From a virus (Duplodnaviria > Caudoviricetes): a stretch of DNA of 64,000 nucleotides. The stretch covers positions 1 through 64,000 of IMG/VR virus record IMGVR_UViG_3300032295_003128; one strand, written 5' to 3'. This document shows, one piece after another, positions 54,127 to 63,338 of this stretch. Both the position numbers and the translations under genes were made by a program. Under the pieces are notes generated by a model. It was given only the letters and a program-made list of their open reading frames with translations. It was not told the origin of the DNA and did not search any database. Within the stretch, counting starts at the first letter, position 1. Every line of letters begins with the position of its first letter.

Positions 54127-54140
54127 GGGTGGTCAGGTTA

Positions 54141-54389
54141 TTATAGCTTAGGGCGAAGAAATGTCACCCGGCGGACTCCGCTGGAGCGAAAAACCCGGAA
54201 CGATTGACGTTCGACCGAAGGGTTGCGGAGCATTCGCTGATACAGCCCCGAGCTTGCGAAGTCGCGATGGCTTTTCCATCCCTCTCGGCGGAGCGCCTCT
54301 TCATTGACGCCTTCAGATTCAGCCTCTATCGCCGCCCACGCCGAGTCGTAAAGATCAGACGCGGAGGGCTTTGCTTTCTTCTGGATCAT
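54141..54389 (-). CDS. hypothetical protein (82 aa)
   Basis: Overlaps the end of the phosphoesterase gene. Confidence 0.5.
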   Translation of the reverse strand: MIQKKAKPSASDLYDSAWAAIEAESEGVNEEALRREGWKSHRDFASSGLYQRMLRNPSVERQSFRVFRSSGVRRVTFLRPKL

Positions 54390-55176
54390 AGGTCAAAAGT
54401 TTTACCGCAGGGAGGCTGTTCGCCGGAAGATTACGCCAATCGAGAATGCCGACCGACGGGCGGCACAAGCTATCGCCGACGACTTTGTGTCCGTAGCGGG
54501 TCAGCATTTGCCACGCGCCGGTCACGAGGAAGAGCGCGTGAGCGTCCGAGTAGTAACCGCCGCAATGGCGATGTCCTCTCAAGAACACCCGGGGCAGCCG
54601 ATGGCCGGAGCGCGCGTAGTTCAAACGAGCGTTTCCCATCGTAATGCTCATGGCCCCCGCTTCGAGATACGCCCGTGCGCTGGTCGGCATGTGGTGCGCT
54701 ACGTCGATCAGCGTTCCGTTGAGTTCAAGCAGCGCTTTGTCGCCGCAGAACTGGCCGCCGCACTCTTGCGCGATATACTCTTCCCAGTCGCCGGTATGAC
54801 ATTCAGTTCCGGCAATGAAGTAGCGCTTTGCGGCTACTTTCGCCAGCGGAAGCAACGCTTGGATTGCCGCGCTGCTGTGGTCTTTCATCTTGGCGGCGAC
54901 GACTTCCTGAGTCCCGTGGTGCCGACCTTCGATGCAATCTCCGTTGACGATCAGCGCCCAGGGCGCCCCTTTGAAGTGTTCAAAGATCCGTGTCTGCATG
55001 TCGGTCCAACACGACCACAACCACTGCTGATGAAGGTTATCGCCTAAGTTGACGGTGTTGCCGTAACTGACTTTGGCGCCGTCAGGCCAGAGCCCGACAG
55101 AAGAACCGCAATGTAAATCAGATACGACAACTACTCCTGCTACTTCGGCTGACGCCGGTTTCGGTCGTTTACGCAT
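54355..55176 (-). CDS. calcineurin-like metallophosphoesterase
   Basis: SDLHCG, NGD..EG, GTECH, HH, RGHRH. Confidence 0.85.
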   Translation of the reverse strand: MRKRPKPASAEVAGVVVVSDLHCGSSVGLWPDGAKVSYGNTVNLGDNLHQQWLWSCWTDMQTRIFEHFKGAPWALIVNGDCIEGRHHGTQEVVAAKMKDHSSAAIQALLPLAKVAAKRYFIAGTECHTGDWEEYIAQECGGQFCGDKALLELNGTLIDVAHHMPTSARAYLEAGAMSITMGNARLNYARSGHRLPRVFLRGHRHCGGYYSDAHALFLVTGAWQMLTRYGHKVVGDSLCRPSVGILDWRNLPANSLPAVKLLTYDPEESKALRV

Positions 55177-55200
55177 GAGGTTAGTCGGTTATGATAAACG

Positions 55201-56976
55201 CTAAAATCGGGAAAGCAAACTAGGGTTCCGTGACGGGGTAAACTTTGTCATCGTCCGTTTCCACCGGGTTTCACGCCCGCCAGTCCCAGAGTTACCATCC
55301 TGGGGCGCCCGAATACCAAACCGCTCACGGACAACTTCGAGCAAAACAAATGACGCATCCGCTATGTCAGGAGACCGCCCCGTCCTAGATTTCATGTCAA
55401 CTTTGCTCTCAACGATTACTTTCATCGCCCCGCTCTTGCGCGTGTCGTAGTGGCGGCTCGTCATCTCTCGGGCCAAGTCCGGCCCGATACCGCGAATCTG
55501 CCCGTTCTGGAGGTACTCCTTAGCCCCGAACCACAGCTCGGTCACCCGGTTGGAGTATTTCTCGTTGGCTTTGGTCGAGTCGTACGAGGACAGCGCTCGC
55601 TCCGAAGGCGCCCCGCCGAAGTGAACCCGCATGAACTCATTGTTCCCCGCCACCGACGCGAGCGCGTCGCAGAACGGGACACCGCCGCCCGTCACGTCCA
55701 CGCCGACGTTGTACCAAGGGATGTTGTGTTGGATGACAATGTCTCGGATCTTTCGGGCAATCTGCATGGTGCGCGGCTCGGGGCTGGATACCTCGTCCTC
55801 CAGATAGTGGAACTCGTCGAATGACACTTGATCGAATCCTTCCTTCCCGACCCCGTAAGACCCAAGGTAGATGACGCACCGGTCGCCGCCGGAAACAAAC
55901 GACGGGTCAATGCCGACTACACGCTGCGGAGTTTTCAACCAAACTGGCGGTTGGTCGCCTTTGAACCGAATGATCTCGGTCTCGGAATAGATGGCCTTCG
56001 ACGCTGCCTGGGGCGCCCAAAAGCCCCGATAATCCCTCCAAAACAACGGCGAGTCCTCCCCCAACCGCGCGCGGGCCTCGTCGATCTTTTCAAATTTCTG
56101 GATCGGCCACTTGTTTTCCCCGATCAAGTAATTCGGATTTTTAAGCGCGTCAAAGTGCAGACACACGCCGCCGATCTTAGTCTCCCAGCGGCCGGTATCC
56201 ACGTTGATGGCCCCCCACCCGTCTTTCGGCTCCACGAACTTGCCGAACGGATCGTAATAGCTCGTCGGGTTTGAGGCGGCGCAGATGTGCAAGACAGGGT
56301 TGTTCGCCATGTTCGACAAGGCGGTGTCGATCAAGGCATGACTCAACTCAGACAACTCGTCGGCCGCCAAGTAGACCCGGAGTGCTTTCATGCCTCTCAT
56401 TTTGCCGGTCACTTCATTGCTTTTGCGGGCTTCGGCGGGAATCAGGTAAACGCCGGATTGTTCCTGCCTTTGGCCGTTTTTCATCACGTAGATCGCCGGA
56501 GTCGGCGTATCCGCAAGCTTGGCTGGGGCGACATCCTTGATCGCGGGCCAATACCGCTGCACGGCCCCCCAAACTCTTTTCTTGGCGTCGCGGATCGAAG
56601 TCGAGGTCAGCAGGCCCAACGTGTGGTACGGCGCCGAGAGCCAATTCAACAAGACCCAGACGGCCATGAAATCCGACTTGCCAGACGATCCGCAACCGGC
56701 GAAACCGACGTAACGATTATGGCAGCACTCGTGCAACATCGATTCGGCCCAAGGGTGCCAAATGAAGTTCTCGGTCTTGTGGTTCCAAAAGATTTTGGCC
56801 GCACGTTTGAAGTGCTCTTCGCGGCCCAACCAATCGGGCGAGCGACCGCCCTCGCGGTACATAAAAAGCTCGATGGCCCAATCGGCATACTCCGGCGGGA
56901 AAATGAATCCGTAGCGGCGGATCGCCGTCGAAGGAACGAGTTTTGCGTCGCTAATGAGACAGGGTTTGAAAATCAT
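55201..56976 (-). CDS. terL: terminase large subunit
   Basis: Walker A GCGSSGKS, Walker B AADE, coupling motif ASNP, RNase H-like GIDP...D, SPDIADA. Confidence 0.9.
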   Translation of the reverse strand: MIFKPCLISDAKLVPSTAIRRYGFIFPPEYADWAIELFMYREGGRSPDWLGREEHFKRAAKIFWNHKTENFIWHPWAESMLHECCHNRYVGFAGCGSSGKSDFMAVWVLLNWLSAPYHTLGLLTSTSIRDAKKRVWGAVQRYWPAIKDVAPAKLADTPTPAIYVMKNGQRQEQSGVYLIPAEARKSNEVTGKMRGMKALRVYLAADELSELSHALIDTALSNMANNPVLHICAASNPTSYYDPFGKFVEPKDGWGAINVDTGRWETKIGGVCLHFDALKNPNYLIGENKWPIQKFEKIDEARARLGEDSPLFWRDYRGFWAPQAASKAIYSETEIIRFKGDQPPVWLKTPQRVVGIDPSFVSGGDRCVIYLGSYGVGKEGFDQVSFDEFHYLEDEVSSPEPRTMQIARKIRDIVIQHNIPWYNVGVDVTGGGVPFCDALASVAGNNEFMRVHFGGAPSERALSSYDSTKANEKYSNRVTELWFGAKEYLQNGQIRGIGPDLAREMTSRHYDTRKSGAMKVIVESKVDMKSRTGRSPDIADASFVLLEVVRERFGIRAPQDGNSGTGGRETRWKRTMTKFTPSRNPSLLSRF

Positions 56977-57078
56977 AAGTCTTTTGTGCCAAAATCCTTG
57001 TCACAGCCCGGCACAGGCCGATTTGATAACGGCGCAAGGCGCTGGTACTCTGAAGGTTTACGCATTTGTGCAATCAAC

Positions 57079-57100
57079 TTCGAATCCCGTGCGCGCTGCC
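57079..57100 (+). mobile_element. attP-like core resembling the 3' end of a tRNA
   Basis: TTCGAAT-CCCGT-GCGCGCT-G-CC upstream of the integrase; flanked by TTTGTGC(C)AA repeats. Confidence 0.6.
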
Positions 57101-57230
57101 CCATTTTCAAATTCGTAAGTCACTCGACTTACTCTGTTAATCGGAAAGTTATGCAACATTTGTTGTGAACCTTTGTGCAAGGTTATGAATAATTTTGAAC
57201 GACTTGGCACAAACTTACGTCAAAAAACAC

Positions 57231-58487
57231 ATGACCGAATCAACCCTTATTGAGACCGAACCCGGCGTTCACGAACTCCAACTGAACGGATCGCGGGTCA
57301 AAATTCGCGAAACCAAAAACGGCAACTACAAGTTTTTCCGGCTCGACTGGAAAGTCGGTAGCCGCGCATTCCGCCGCGCCTTTTCCTCCTCCGAAAAAGC
57401 CATCGACGAGGCCGAGCGCATTGTACGGGATCTTGCCCGGGCCGAAGGGGAAAAAACAACCGTGCGTAGCGAGGATATCGTCTACTACCGCGAATGCGCC
57501 CGAAAGCTTGGCGGCGTTCCCCTGCACGAAGCCGTCGAGTTCTACTGCAAGTTCCATCGGGTCGGGGCTCCCCGCAAAACCATCGCCGATCTCGCCCAAG
57601 AACTCGAAGTCGCCACCCGCGCCCGCGAGGCATCCCGGCGGCATCTCGAAACAATCATTCATCTCAACAAGGTATGGACAAAATGGACGGGCGCAATGAC
57701 GCCCTCCGAAATTACCCCCGCGCTCATCGAGCGAAAGTTCTCCGAAAGCGACTACTCGGCCCACACGAAAAAGAATTTGCTACGGGGTTACCGGGCCCTG
57801 GAGCTGTTCGCGATCCGCCAAAAATATCTGCCGCGTGAATTCGAGAGCGTAGCCGAGCGGGTGACCATACCCAAAACGCGCAACGCCACGCCAGCCGTGT
57901 TCACTCCGGAAGATCTGATGCGGCTCTTCGTTGCCGCGCAGCCGAAACATTTGTCCTACATCGCCATGATGGCGTTTGCTGGCGCCCGCCGGGCGGAGTT
58001 CGAGCGCATGACCCGCGACCACATTTCGCTCGATGACAAAGTCGCCATCATCAATGCGGAAATTGCCAAGAAGGGTTCCCGGCGCGTTTTGGAATTACCG
58101 GAAAACCTTTGCGAGTGGCTGCGCGTGGCCGAACTTCCCGAGAAGGGTCTCCTCACGTCACGCAAAAGCATCGAGCGGCTTTCGTCCAATAAAGCAGCGC
58201 TGAAAGAAGTGGGCCTGGACGCCTCAAAGTGGGAGCAGAACGTGCTCCGCCACTCCTTTTGCTCCTACCACTTGGCCTTACACCGCAACGCGGCCACCAC
58301 TTCAGAGCAGGCCGGCAACTCACCTCAAATGCTCCGCGAGCACTACAAATCACTCGTGACCCCCGCCGCCGCCAAAGAATGGTTTGACATAACCCCCGCC
58401 AAGGTGATGCAATTCGCAACTGAGCGTCACCTTGCAGGGTTAATAAAATGGACTTGCCACAAGAAAGGAGCTGTGACAATTTCGTAA
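57231..58487 (+). CDS. int: tyrosine recombinase / integrase
   Basis: FAGARRAE (R), AKK (K), NVLRHSFCSY, AGNS, HY (catalytic Tyr). Confidence 0.9.
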   Translation: MTESTLIETEPGVHELQLNGSRVKIRETKNGNYKFFRLDWKVGSRAFRRAFSSSEKAIDEAERIVRDLARAEGEKTTVRSEDIVYYRECARKLGGVPLHEAVEFYCKFHRVGAPRKTIADLAQELEVATRAREASRRHLETIIHLNKVWTKWTGAMTPSEITPALIERKFSESDYSAHTKKNLLRGYRALELFAIRQKYLPREFESVAERVTIPKTRNATPAVFTPEDLMRLFVAAQPKHLSYIAMMAFAGARRAEFERMTRDHISLDDKVAIINAEIAKKGSRRVLELPENLCEWLRVAELPEKGLLTSRKSIERLSSNKAALKEVGLDASKWEQNVLRHSFCSYHLALHRNAATTSEQAGNSPQMLREHYKSLVTPAAAKEWFDITPAKVMQFATERHLAGLIKWTCHKKGAVTIS

Positions 58488-58525
58488 CAACCTTGAACCC
58501 CCAATCAAGAAAGGAAAAACACAAC

Positions 58526-58816
58526 ATGCCCAATCAACTGAAACCAGGAACGCGCCGTCTCTCCTATGTCGAGACGCGCCAAGCAGCCAAAGCTTTGGAT
58601 ATCTTAGCTGCGGCCAAAAGCACCAACGTATCGGCCCTCATTCGTGAGGCCACCGAGGAGTACCTAAAAAAGGTAGATAAAGACAACTCCGTCCGGAAAC
58701 TCGCCCTGCAAATCGTGAAAGAACTTCCCGACGACGCGGAAGAACGAGCGGAAGCGGATCTAGACCCGAAAACCATGGAGGCACTCACCGCCGTGATGAA
58801 ACACATTCGGCGTTGA
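58526..58816 (+). CDS. ribbon-helix-helix (CopG/Arc-like) regulator
   Basis: RRLSYV...ALDILAA...NVSALIREA..EYL; AAGGA SD. Confidence 0.7.
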   Translation: MPNQLKPGTRRLSYVETRQAAKALDILAAAKSTNVSALIREATEEYLKKVDKDNSVRKLALQIVKELPDDAEERAEADLDPKTMEALTAVMKHIRR

Positions 58817-58905
58817 CCGGCACTATCAGAACGTTAATATCCGTCTGCTTCCTACGTCCTAACCTCACCACCTAAACCAAATTAAACCTAAATATACCAG
58901 AAGTC

Positions 58906-59124
58906 ATGGTCATTCACCTCACCTACGCCCAAGAAGAGGCACTCAAACGCCTATCGAACCAAGTCAACCTCCCTCCGGGGAAAATCGCCGAGTTATTTGT
59001 GCAGGACGGGATTTCGTCGTATGCTTATACCAACGATGGACACACCTCTCTGCGCGAATCCCTTGCCGAGTCTTCAGAAGCTTCGCAACCCGAAGCTGAT
59101 CCGGAGCTTTGCCAGCGACGCTGA
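58906..59124 (+). CDS. small DNA-binding-like protein
   Basis: IHLT..QEEALKRLS...PGKIAELFV (RHH-like). Confidence 0.45.
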   Translation: MVIHLTYAQEEALKRLSNQVNLPPGKIAELFVQDGISSYAYTNDGHTSLRESLAESSEASQPEADPELCQRR

Positions 59125-59227
59125 ATTAGAAGACGCACTCATCAAGGCTGCGGAGGCTACCGGCTACTCCATGAGCGAAATTATCCGGCAAGCTCTCCGC
59201 AGCTCTTTGATTAAGCAAGGTTCTTAA
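59036..59227 (+). CDS. ribbon-helix-helix protein
   Basis: IRSFASDAELEDALIKAAEATGYSMSEIIRQAL. Confidence 0.6.
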   Translation: MDTPLCANPLPSLQKLRNPKLIRSFASDAELEDALIKAAEATGYSMSEIIRQALRSSLIKQGS

Positions 59228-59321
59228 CCGCGCAACCCGTGACAATCATCAGCCTTACCTGGTGTTTGCTGCTCATGCTCGTAGTCGTTGCCTGTATCGA
59301 CAGCGACGAACCGCCCTACTT

Positions 59322-59609
59322 ATGACAATGACAATCGAATGCTCGGCTTTCACCGCGACACCGATCGCCGAAGGCCGCATTAAGTTGGAAATCCAATCGG
59401 CCGCCGCGCCGCGCAAAGACGTCTACACCGCAGGGGAAGCCGTTGCTCGCCTAAGCGAGATCTTCGGCAAACCCCTTCACCGCAATTCGCTGGCCTACTG
59501 GCGAAAACAAGGACTCCCGTGCGTCAAGCTCGGGGAGAAAAAGATCATGTACTCCGAGGACGACCTTGTGCGCTGGGCCCAAGGCCGCATTACTTCAGCG
59601 ATCCCGTGA
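59322..59609 (+). CDS. excisionase-like (MerR-type HTH) protein
   Basis: YTAGEA...SLAYWRKQGLPCVKLG...MYSEDDL..W. Confidence 0.7.
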   Translation: MTMTIECSAFTATPIAEGRIKLEIQSAAAPRKDVYTAGEAVARLSEIFGKPLHRNSLAYWRKQGLPCVKLGEKKIMYSEDDLVRWAQGRITSAIP

Positions 59610-59968
59610 ATAGCCGCCAAAAAGGTAAGCGGGTCGAACGACTCTGGAGGGATCAACTCCGGGAGGCCGGTTTTCTCAAAGCCTACCGAGGACAACAATA
59701 CTGCGGCGCAGCGGGTGACGCTGACGTGGTTTGTCCCGAGTTACCGGGCTTTCACTTCGAGGTCAAAGGCGTTCAGAACCTGAACGTCCTCGTTGCGATG
59801 AAACAAGCGATCAGCGACTGCGGAAAAAAGATTCCGGTCCTGGCGCATAAGAAAAACAACGAACCTTGGCTCGTGACCATGCTCGCTGATGACTGGCTGC
59901 CCTTAGTTAAAGAGACTGACCGAGTTAGTCTGTCGGAAACTCCCGAATCGGCTCACGATAATCCGTGA
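59606..59968 (+). CDS. Holliday junction resolvase (PD-(D/E)xK, Hjc-like)
   Basis: NSRQKGKR.ER...RGQQY.G...DV...FEVK; GTGA overlap. Confidence 0.8.
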   Translation: MNSRQKGKRVERLWRDQLREAGFLKAYRGQQYCGAAGDADVVCPELPGFHFEVKGVQNLNVLVAMKQAISDCGKKIPVLAHKKNNEPWLVTMLADDWLPLVKETDRVSLSETPESAHDNP

Positions 59969-60098
59969 AATATGTGGTGTCGTTTTCTCGTCGAATCGCC
60001 CCGAACCCCTCGTAGCCGTTGGGGCCGTAAATTTGAACGTACTCAGGGTCAGACGCCAGCGCGGGCGCGAGAAAAAGCATAAAGATCACGAATTTCAT
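59925..60098 (-). CDS. small secreted protein (57 aa), antisense to the operon
   Basis: Signal peptide MKFVIFMLFLAPALA; fills the gap between resolvase and methyltransferase. Confidence 0.45.
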   Translation of the reverse strand: MKFVIFMLFLAPALASDPEYVQIYGPNGYEGFGAIRRENDTTYFTDYREPIREFPTD

Positions 60099-60135
60099 AC
60101 AAGTAATAGACTTAAGCGATACCCCCGCGTTCAAA

Positions 60136-60807
60136 ATGACTCCCGAGCAAGTACGAGCCCTCTACGACCAAAGATACGCCGAAACATACGATGCGACATT
60201 CCGGGAGGGATCAACGGCGTCACCCCTGACCAAACACGAAAGATCGATCCTCAAGCTACTGCTCGACAAAGGAGGGCCGTGGCTAGACGTCGGATGCGGC
60301 ACCGGCTATTTTCTAAAGCAGTTCCCCCACATCGAGCGGACAGGGTTAGACTTGTCGCCCGCCATGTTGCGGATCGCCCAAAAAGCCAACCCTTCGGCAA
60401 CGCTAGTCGGAGGGAACTTTCTGGAGCCGCACCCACAATGGAACGGAAAATTCCGGGTGGTAACATGTATGTGGTATGCCTACACCCTAGTAGACTCCAT
60501 CCGTGACGTCGAAGTCGCGATAAACAACATGGCCGACTGGACCTCTACGGACGGATTTCTGTTCGTTCCAGTTTGCGATCCACACTCTTTTGTGGGCGAG
60601 TTTCCAGACAGCCAACCGTGGTGGGACGCCAAATCGTCAGTCCGAGTAACCGGCGTCACATGGAATTTTGAACAGCCCGGCAAGAACCACGTTCACTTAG
60701 TTAGCCCGACTACCGAGGTCATGCGGGAGATGCTCTCCAGACGTTTCCATAGTGTGACCAAGATCTCATATGAGACCGTCGCGTTTCTCGCTAAACACAA
60801 ACGATGA
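60136..60807 (+). CDS. class I SAM-dependent methyltransferase
   Basis: WLDVGCGTG, GLDLSPAML. Confidence 0.85.
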   Translation: MTPEQVRALYDQRYAETYDATFREGSTASPLTKHERSILKLLLDKGGPWLDVGCGTGYFLKQFPHIERTGLDLSPAMLRIAQKANPSATLVGGNFLEPHPQWNGKFRVVTCMWYAYTLVDSIRDVEVAINNMADWTSTDGFLFVPVCDPHSFVGEFPDSQPWWDAKSSVRVTGVTWNFEQPGKNHVHLVSPTTEVMREMLSRRFHSVTKISYETVAFLAKHKR

Positions 60808-63224
60808 AGCTCTTCCCCTACCAAAAAGAAGCCGTAGAGCGGCACCTCAAGATCCTCGACTCAGTCGGCGCTTCCTTAGACGGAACCGGCTGCGGAGGCG
60901 GGAAAACTGTTATCGCCAGCGCGGTGGCGGCCAAGTATGCGTTGAAAACCTGCGTGGTCTGCCCGAAGAGCGTCATCGCCAAGTGGGAAGACACGCTCGC
61001 GGCGTTCGGGGTCAAGCCCCTCTTTGTTCTCAACCCCGAAAAGTTGCGGAACGGGAACACCCCCTGGGTAAAAAAGATCCCGAGCGGGGGTAAAAAGACA
61101 AAGTTCGAGTGGAATATACCCGAGCGGTGTCTTTTGATTTTCGACGAGGCGCACGTCTGCGGCTCGGCGACGTCCCAGAACGGAAAACTCCTTGAGTCCG
61201 CCGCTGACCATTGCGTTCTCATGCTCTCGGCGACCGCTGCCGAGTCCCCTCTCCGCATGAAAGCCATCGGAGTCCAGCTCCGTCTCTTTACGCCCGGCTA
61301 CTACTGGAAATGGGTCCGCGAACAAGGAGCGGTCGAGTCTCGATGGGGCGGACTAGAGTGGGATCCTAAGCGCGCTGAAAACAAAGAGAAAATGGAACGC
61401 CTCCATCATTCGATATACGCGAATAGAGGATACCGCGTCCCGGAGGCAGTCCTGCGCGAGCAGCTCCCAGAGCTGATGATTACCGACGAACAACTATGGC
61501 TTTCCACAACCGACAAAAATGAAGTCAAAAAACTCTACGACGAAATGGCCGACCCCGAAGATCCAGGAGCGGTCAAAAACCTCCGGCAGCGTCAAGCCAT
61601 CGAGAAAATCAAAGTCCCCTACCTCGTGGAGAGGGCGAAAGAAATCGTGGACGCCGGAGGATCAGCCGTCGTCTTCCTCAATTTCCACGAATCCATCGAC
61701 GCCGCCCGCGTCCATTTCGACCAAGGCTGCGTCATCGACGGACGCGAAAGCGCGGAACAGCGGCTCGAAACGCGCCGCCGGTTTCAAGCAAACGAACTGC
61801 GGACGATCATCGTCCAAATCGCGGCCGGTGGACAAAGCATCGATCTACACGACACAAGTGGTTCGTTCCCTCGCGTGGCTTTGCTGTGCCCCCAATTCAG
61901 CGGAGTTGTGGAAGAGCAGGCTATTGGACGGATCGCCCGAGTGGGGGCCCGGTCGAGGGCTCTCGTTATCCGACTGTTTGCCCCCGGAAGCGTAGAAGCG
62001 GCCGCCGCCAAACTCAGCGCCGAAAAACGCGAAAACTTAGAAATTTTGAATGAGGGCAAGAAAAGTTTGAACGAATCCGCCAGTCCCGAAGTCTCTTCTT
62101 CCATGTCCGGGTTATCAACCTCACAACCTGCGGCCGATGCGCCCGAAATTCTTCCCGCTCACAGCGAGCATTCACCTTCATCCCTAAAACTCAAAGCTAT
62201 ATGCCCAGGATTCCGAAACGACCAAACCAGAGACAAATCAGCAGCCGACCGAGGGACCCTCGGCCACAAAGCGGTGGAGCTGGAAAACCTCGACGTGGTC
62301 CCACCGGACGATTCACGTCTGCGCGAAGCTGCGGAAATGTGCCTGAAGTATCTCTCCCTGCTGCGGAAAAAGGTCGGCCCAAGCGCAAAGGAAATTCGCG
62401 AAGAAAGGTACTCGATGCTGGATCAGTTTGGTCATATCGACCATCTGTTCCTGAACGGGCCGCAAGCCCACTTGATCGACTACAAGTTTGCGTTCAGCGC
62501 CTACGAAGCGGACTCACCTCAATTTTGGGCCTATTGTCTCGGCGTTTGGGATAAACATCCCGAGGTCGAGGAAATCACCGCCCACGTAGTTTTACCATTT
62601 CAAGGGGTTATCGACGTCGAGTCTTGGTCGCGGAAGTCCGACTATGAGCGGCTCTCGGCGCAAACCGCCGCGATCATCGAATCCGCTCGCCGCGATAACC
62701 CCGAGACTTACCAGACCGGCAGCCATTGCGCGTGGTGCGGGCAACGGGCCAAATGCCCGAAGCTCAACAACCTCGCGCTGGCCGTTGCCGCCCAATACCA
62801 ACCCGAAGCGCTGGAACTTCCGGCCAAGTTCGACCCCGCACTGATCGACGATCCCGAGGTCATTGCCGTCGCCAAAAAACTCGGCCCGATCTTGAAGGCG
62901 TGGGCCGAGAAAGTCGATCAACGTGCGCTCGAAATGCGCTTGGTCGAGGGCATCGAGATTCCCGGCTTCGAGTTGGCCGAGCGGTCGGCTCCTTTCAAAA
63001 TCACGGACGCGCAGGCCGCATGGGAAGTGGTCAAAGATCACATGACGCCCGAAGCCTTCGCTGGGTGCGCGGAAGTAAAAATCGGAGCGCTGGAGAAGGC
63101 GTTCGTCCGCACCGCCAAGCGCGGCACCATCAAATCCGCCAAGGAGACTTTGCGCTGCGCCCTTCTGGACGCCAACGCAGCTCAGTCCGAAGGCACCAGC
63201 CAATACCTGAGGAAGAGCAAATGA
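60804..63224 (+). CDS. SF2 helicase fused to a Cas4-like/DUF2800 PD-(D/E)xK nuclease (806 aa)
   Basis: Q motif LFPYQ, GCGGGKT, DEAH, SAT, QAIGRIAR; then HSPSS...CPG...GT.GH...GHID...IDYKF...Q...Y...HCAWC...CP. Confidence 0.85.
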   Translation: MKLFPYQKEAVERHLKILDSVGASLDGTGCGGGKTVIASAVAAKYALKTCVVCPKSVIAKWEDTLAAFGVKPLFVLNPEKLRNGNTPWVKKIPSGGKKTKFEWNIPERCLLIFDEAHVCGSATSQNGKLLESAADHCVLMLSATAAESPLRMKAIGVQLRLFTPGYYWKWVREQGAVESRWGGLEWDPKRAENKEKMERLHHSIYANRGYRVPEAVLREQLPELMITDEQLWLSTTDKNEVKKLYDEMADPEDPGAVKNLRQRQAIEKIKVPYLVERAKEIVDAGGSAVVFLNFHESIDAARVHFDQGCVIDGRESAEQRLETRRRFQANELRTIIVQIAAGGQSIDLHDTSGSFPRVALLCPQFSGVVEEQAIGRIARVGARSRALVIRLFAPGSVEAAAAKLSAEKRENLEILNEGKKSLNESASPEVSSSMSGLSTSQPAADAPEILPAHSEHSPSSLKLKAICPGFRNDQTRDKSAADRGTLGHKAVELENLDVVPPDDSRLREAAEMCLKYLSLLRKKVGPSAKEIREERYSMLDQFGHIDHLFLNGPQAHLIDYKFAFSAYEADSPQFWAYCLGVWDKHPEVEEITAHVVLPFQGVIDVESWSRKSDYERLSAQTAAIIESARRDNPETYQTGSHCAWCGQRAKCPKLNNLALAVAAQYQPEALELPAKFDPALIDDPEVIAVAKKLGPILKAWAEKVDQRALEMRLVEGIEIPGFELAERSAPFKITDAQAAWEVVKDHMTPEAFAGCAEVKIGALEKAFVRTAKRGTIKSAKETLRCALLDANAAQSEGTSQYLRKSK

Positions 63225-63338
63225 CGATGGGCGGGGATGGGACGCTGAAATTCCGAAGGATTGGAAAACTTTGAAGGGTTCTTAACCCAACAACCGAGGC
63301 AGCGGCACTGCCAAACAACAAACAAAACTAAACATCGT

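Larger units (their letters stand above)
1448..63295. promoter_or_regulatory. family C: dispersed TAACC-N5-ACC boxes, intergenic and oriented with transcription
   Basis: Plus strand at 1448, 2618, 2929, 4323, 6071, 6180, 9397, 13080, 58860, 59225, 63283; minus strand at 27387-27399, 31342-31354, 41343-41355, 47847-47859, 54128-54140, 55179-55191. Confidence 0.8.
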
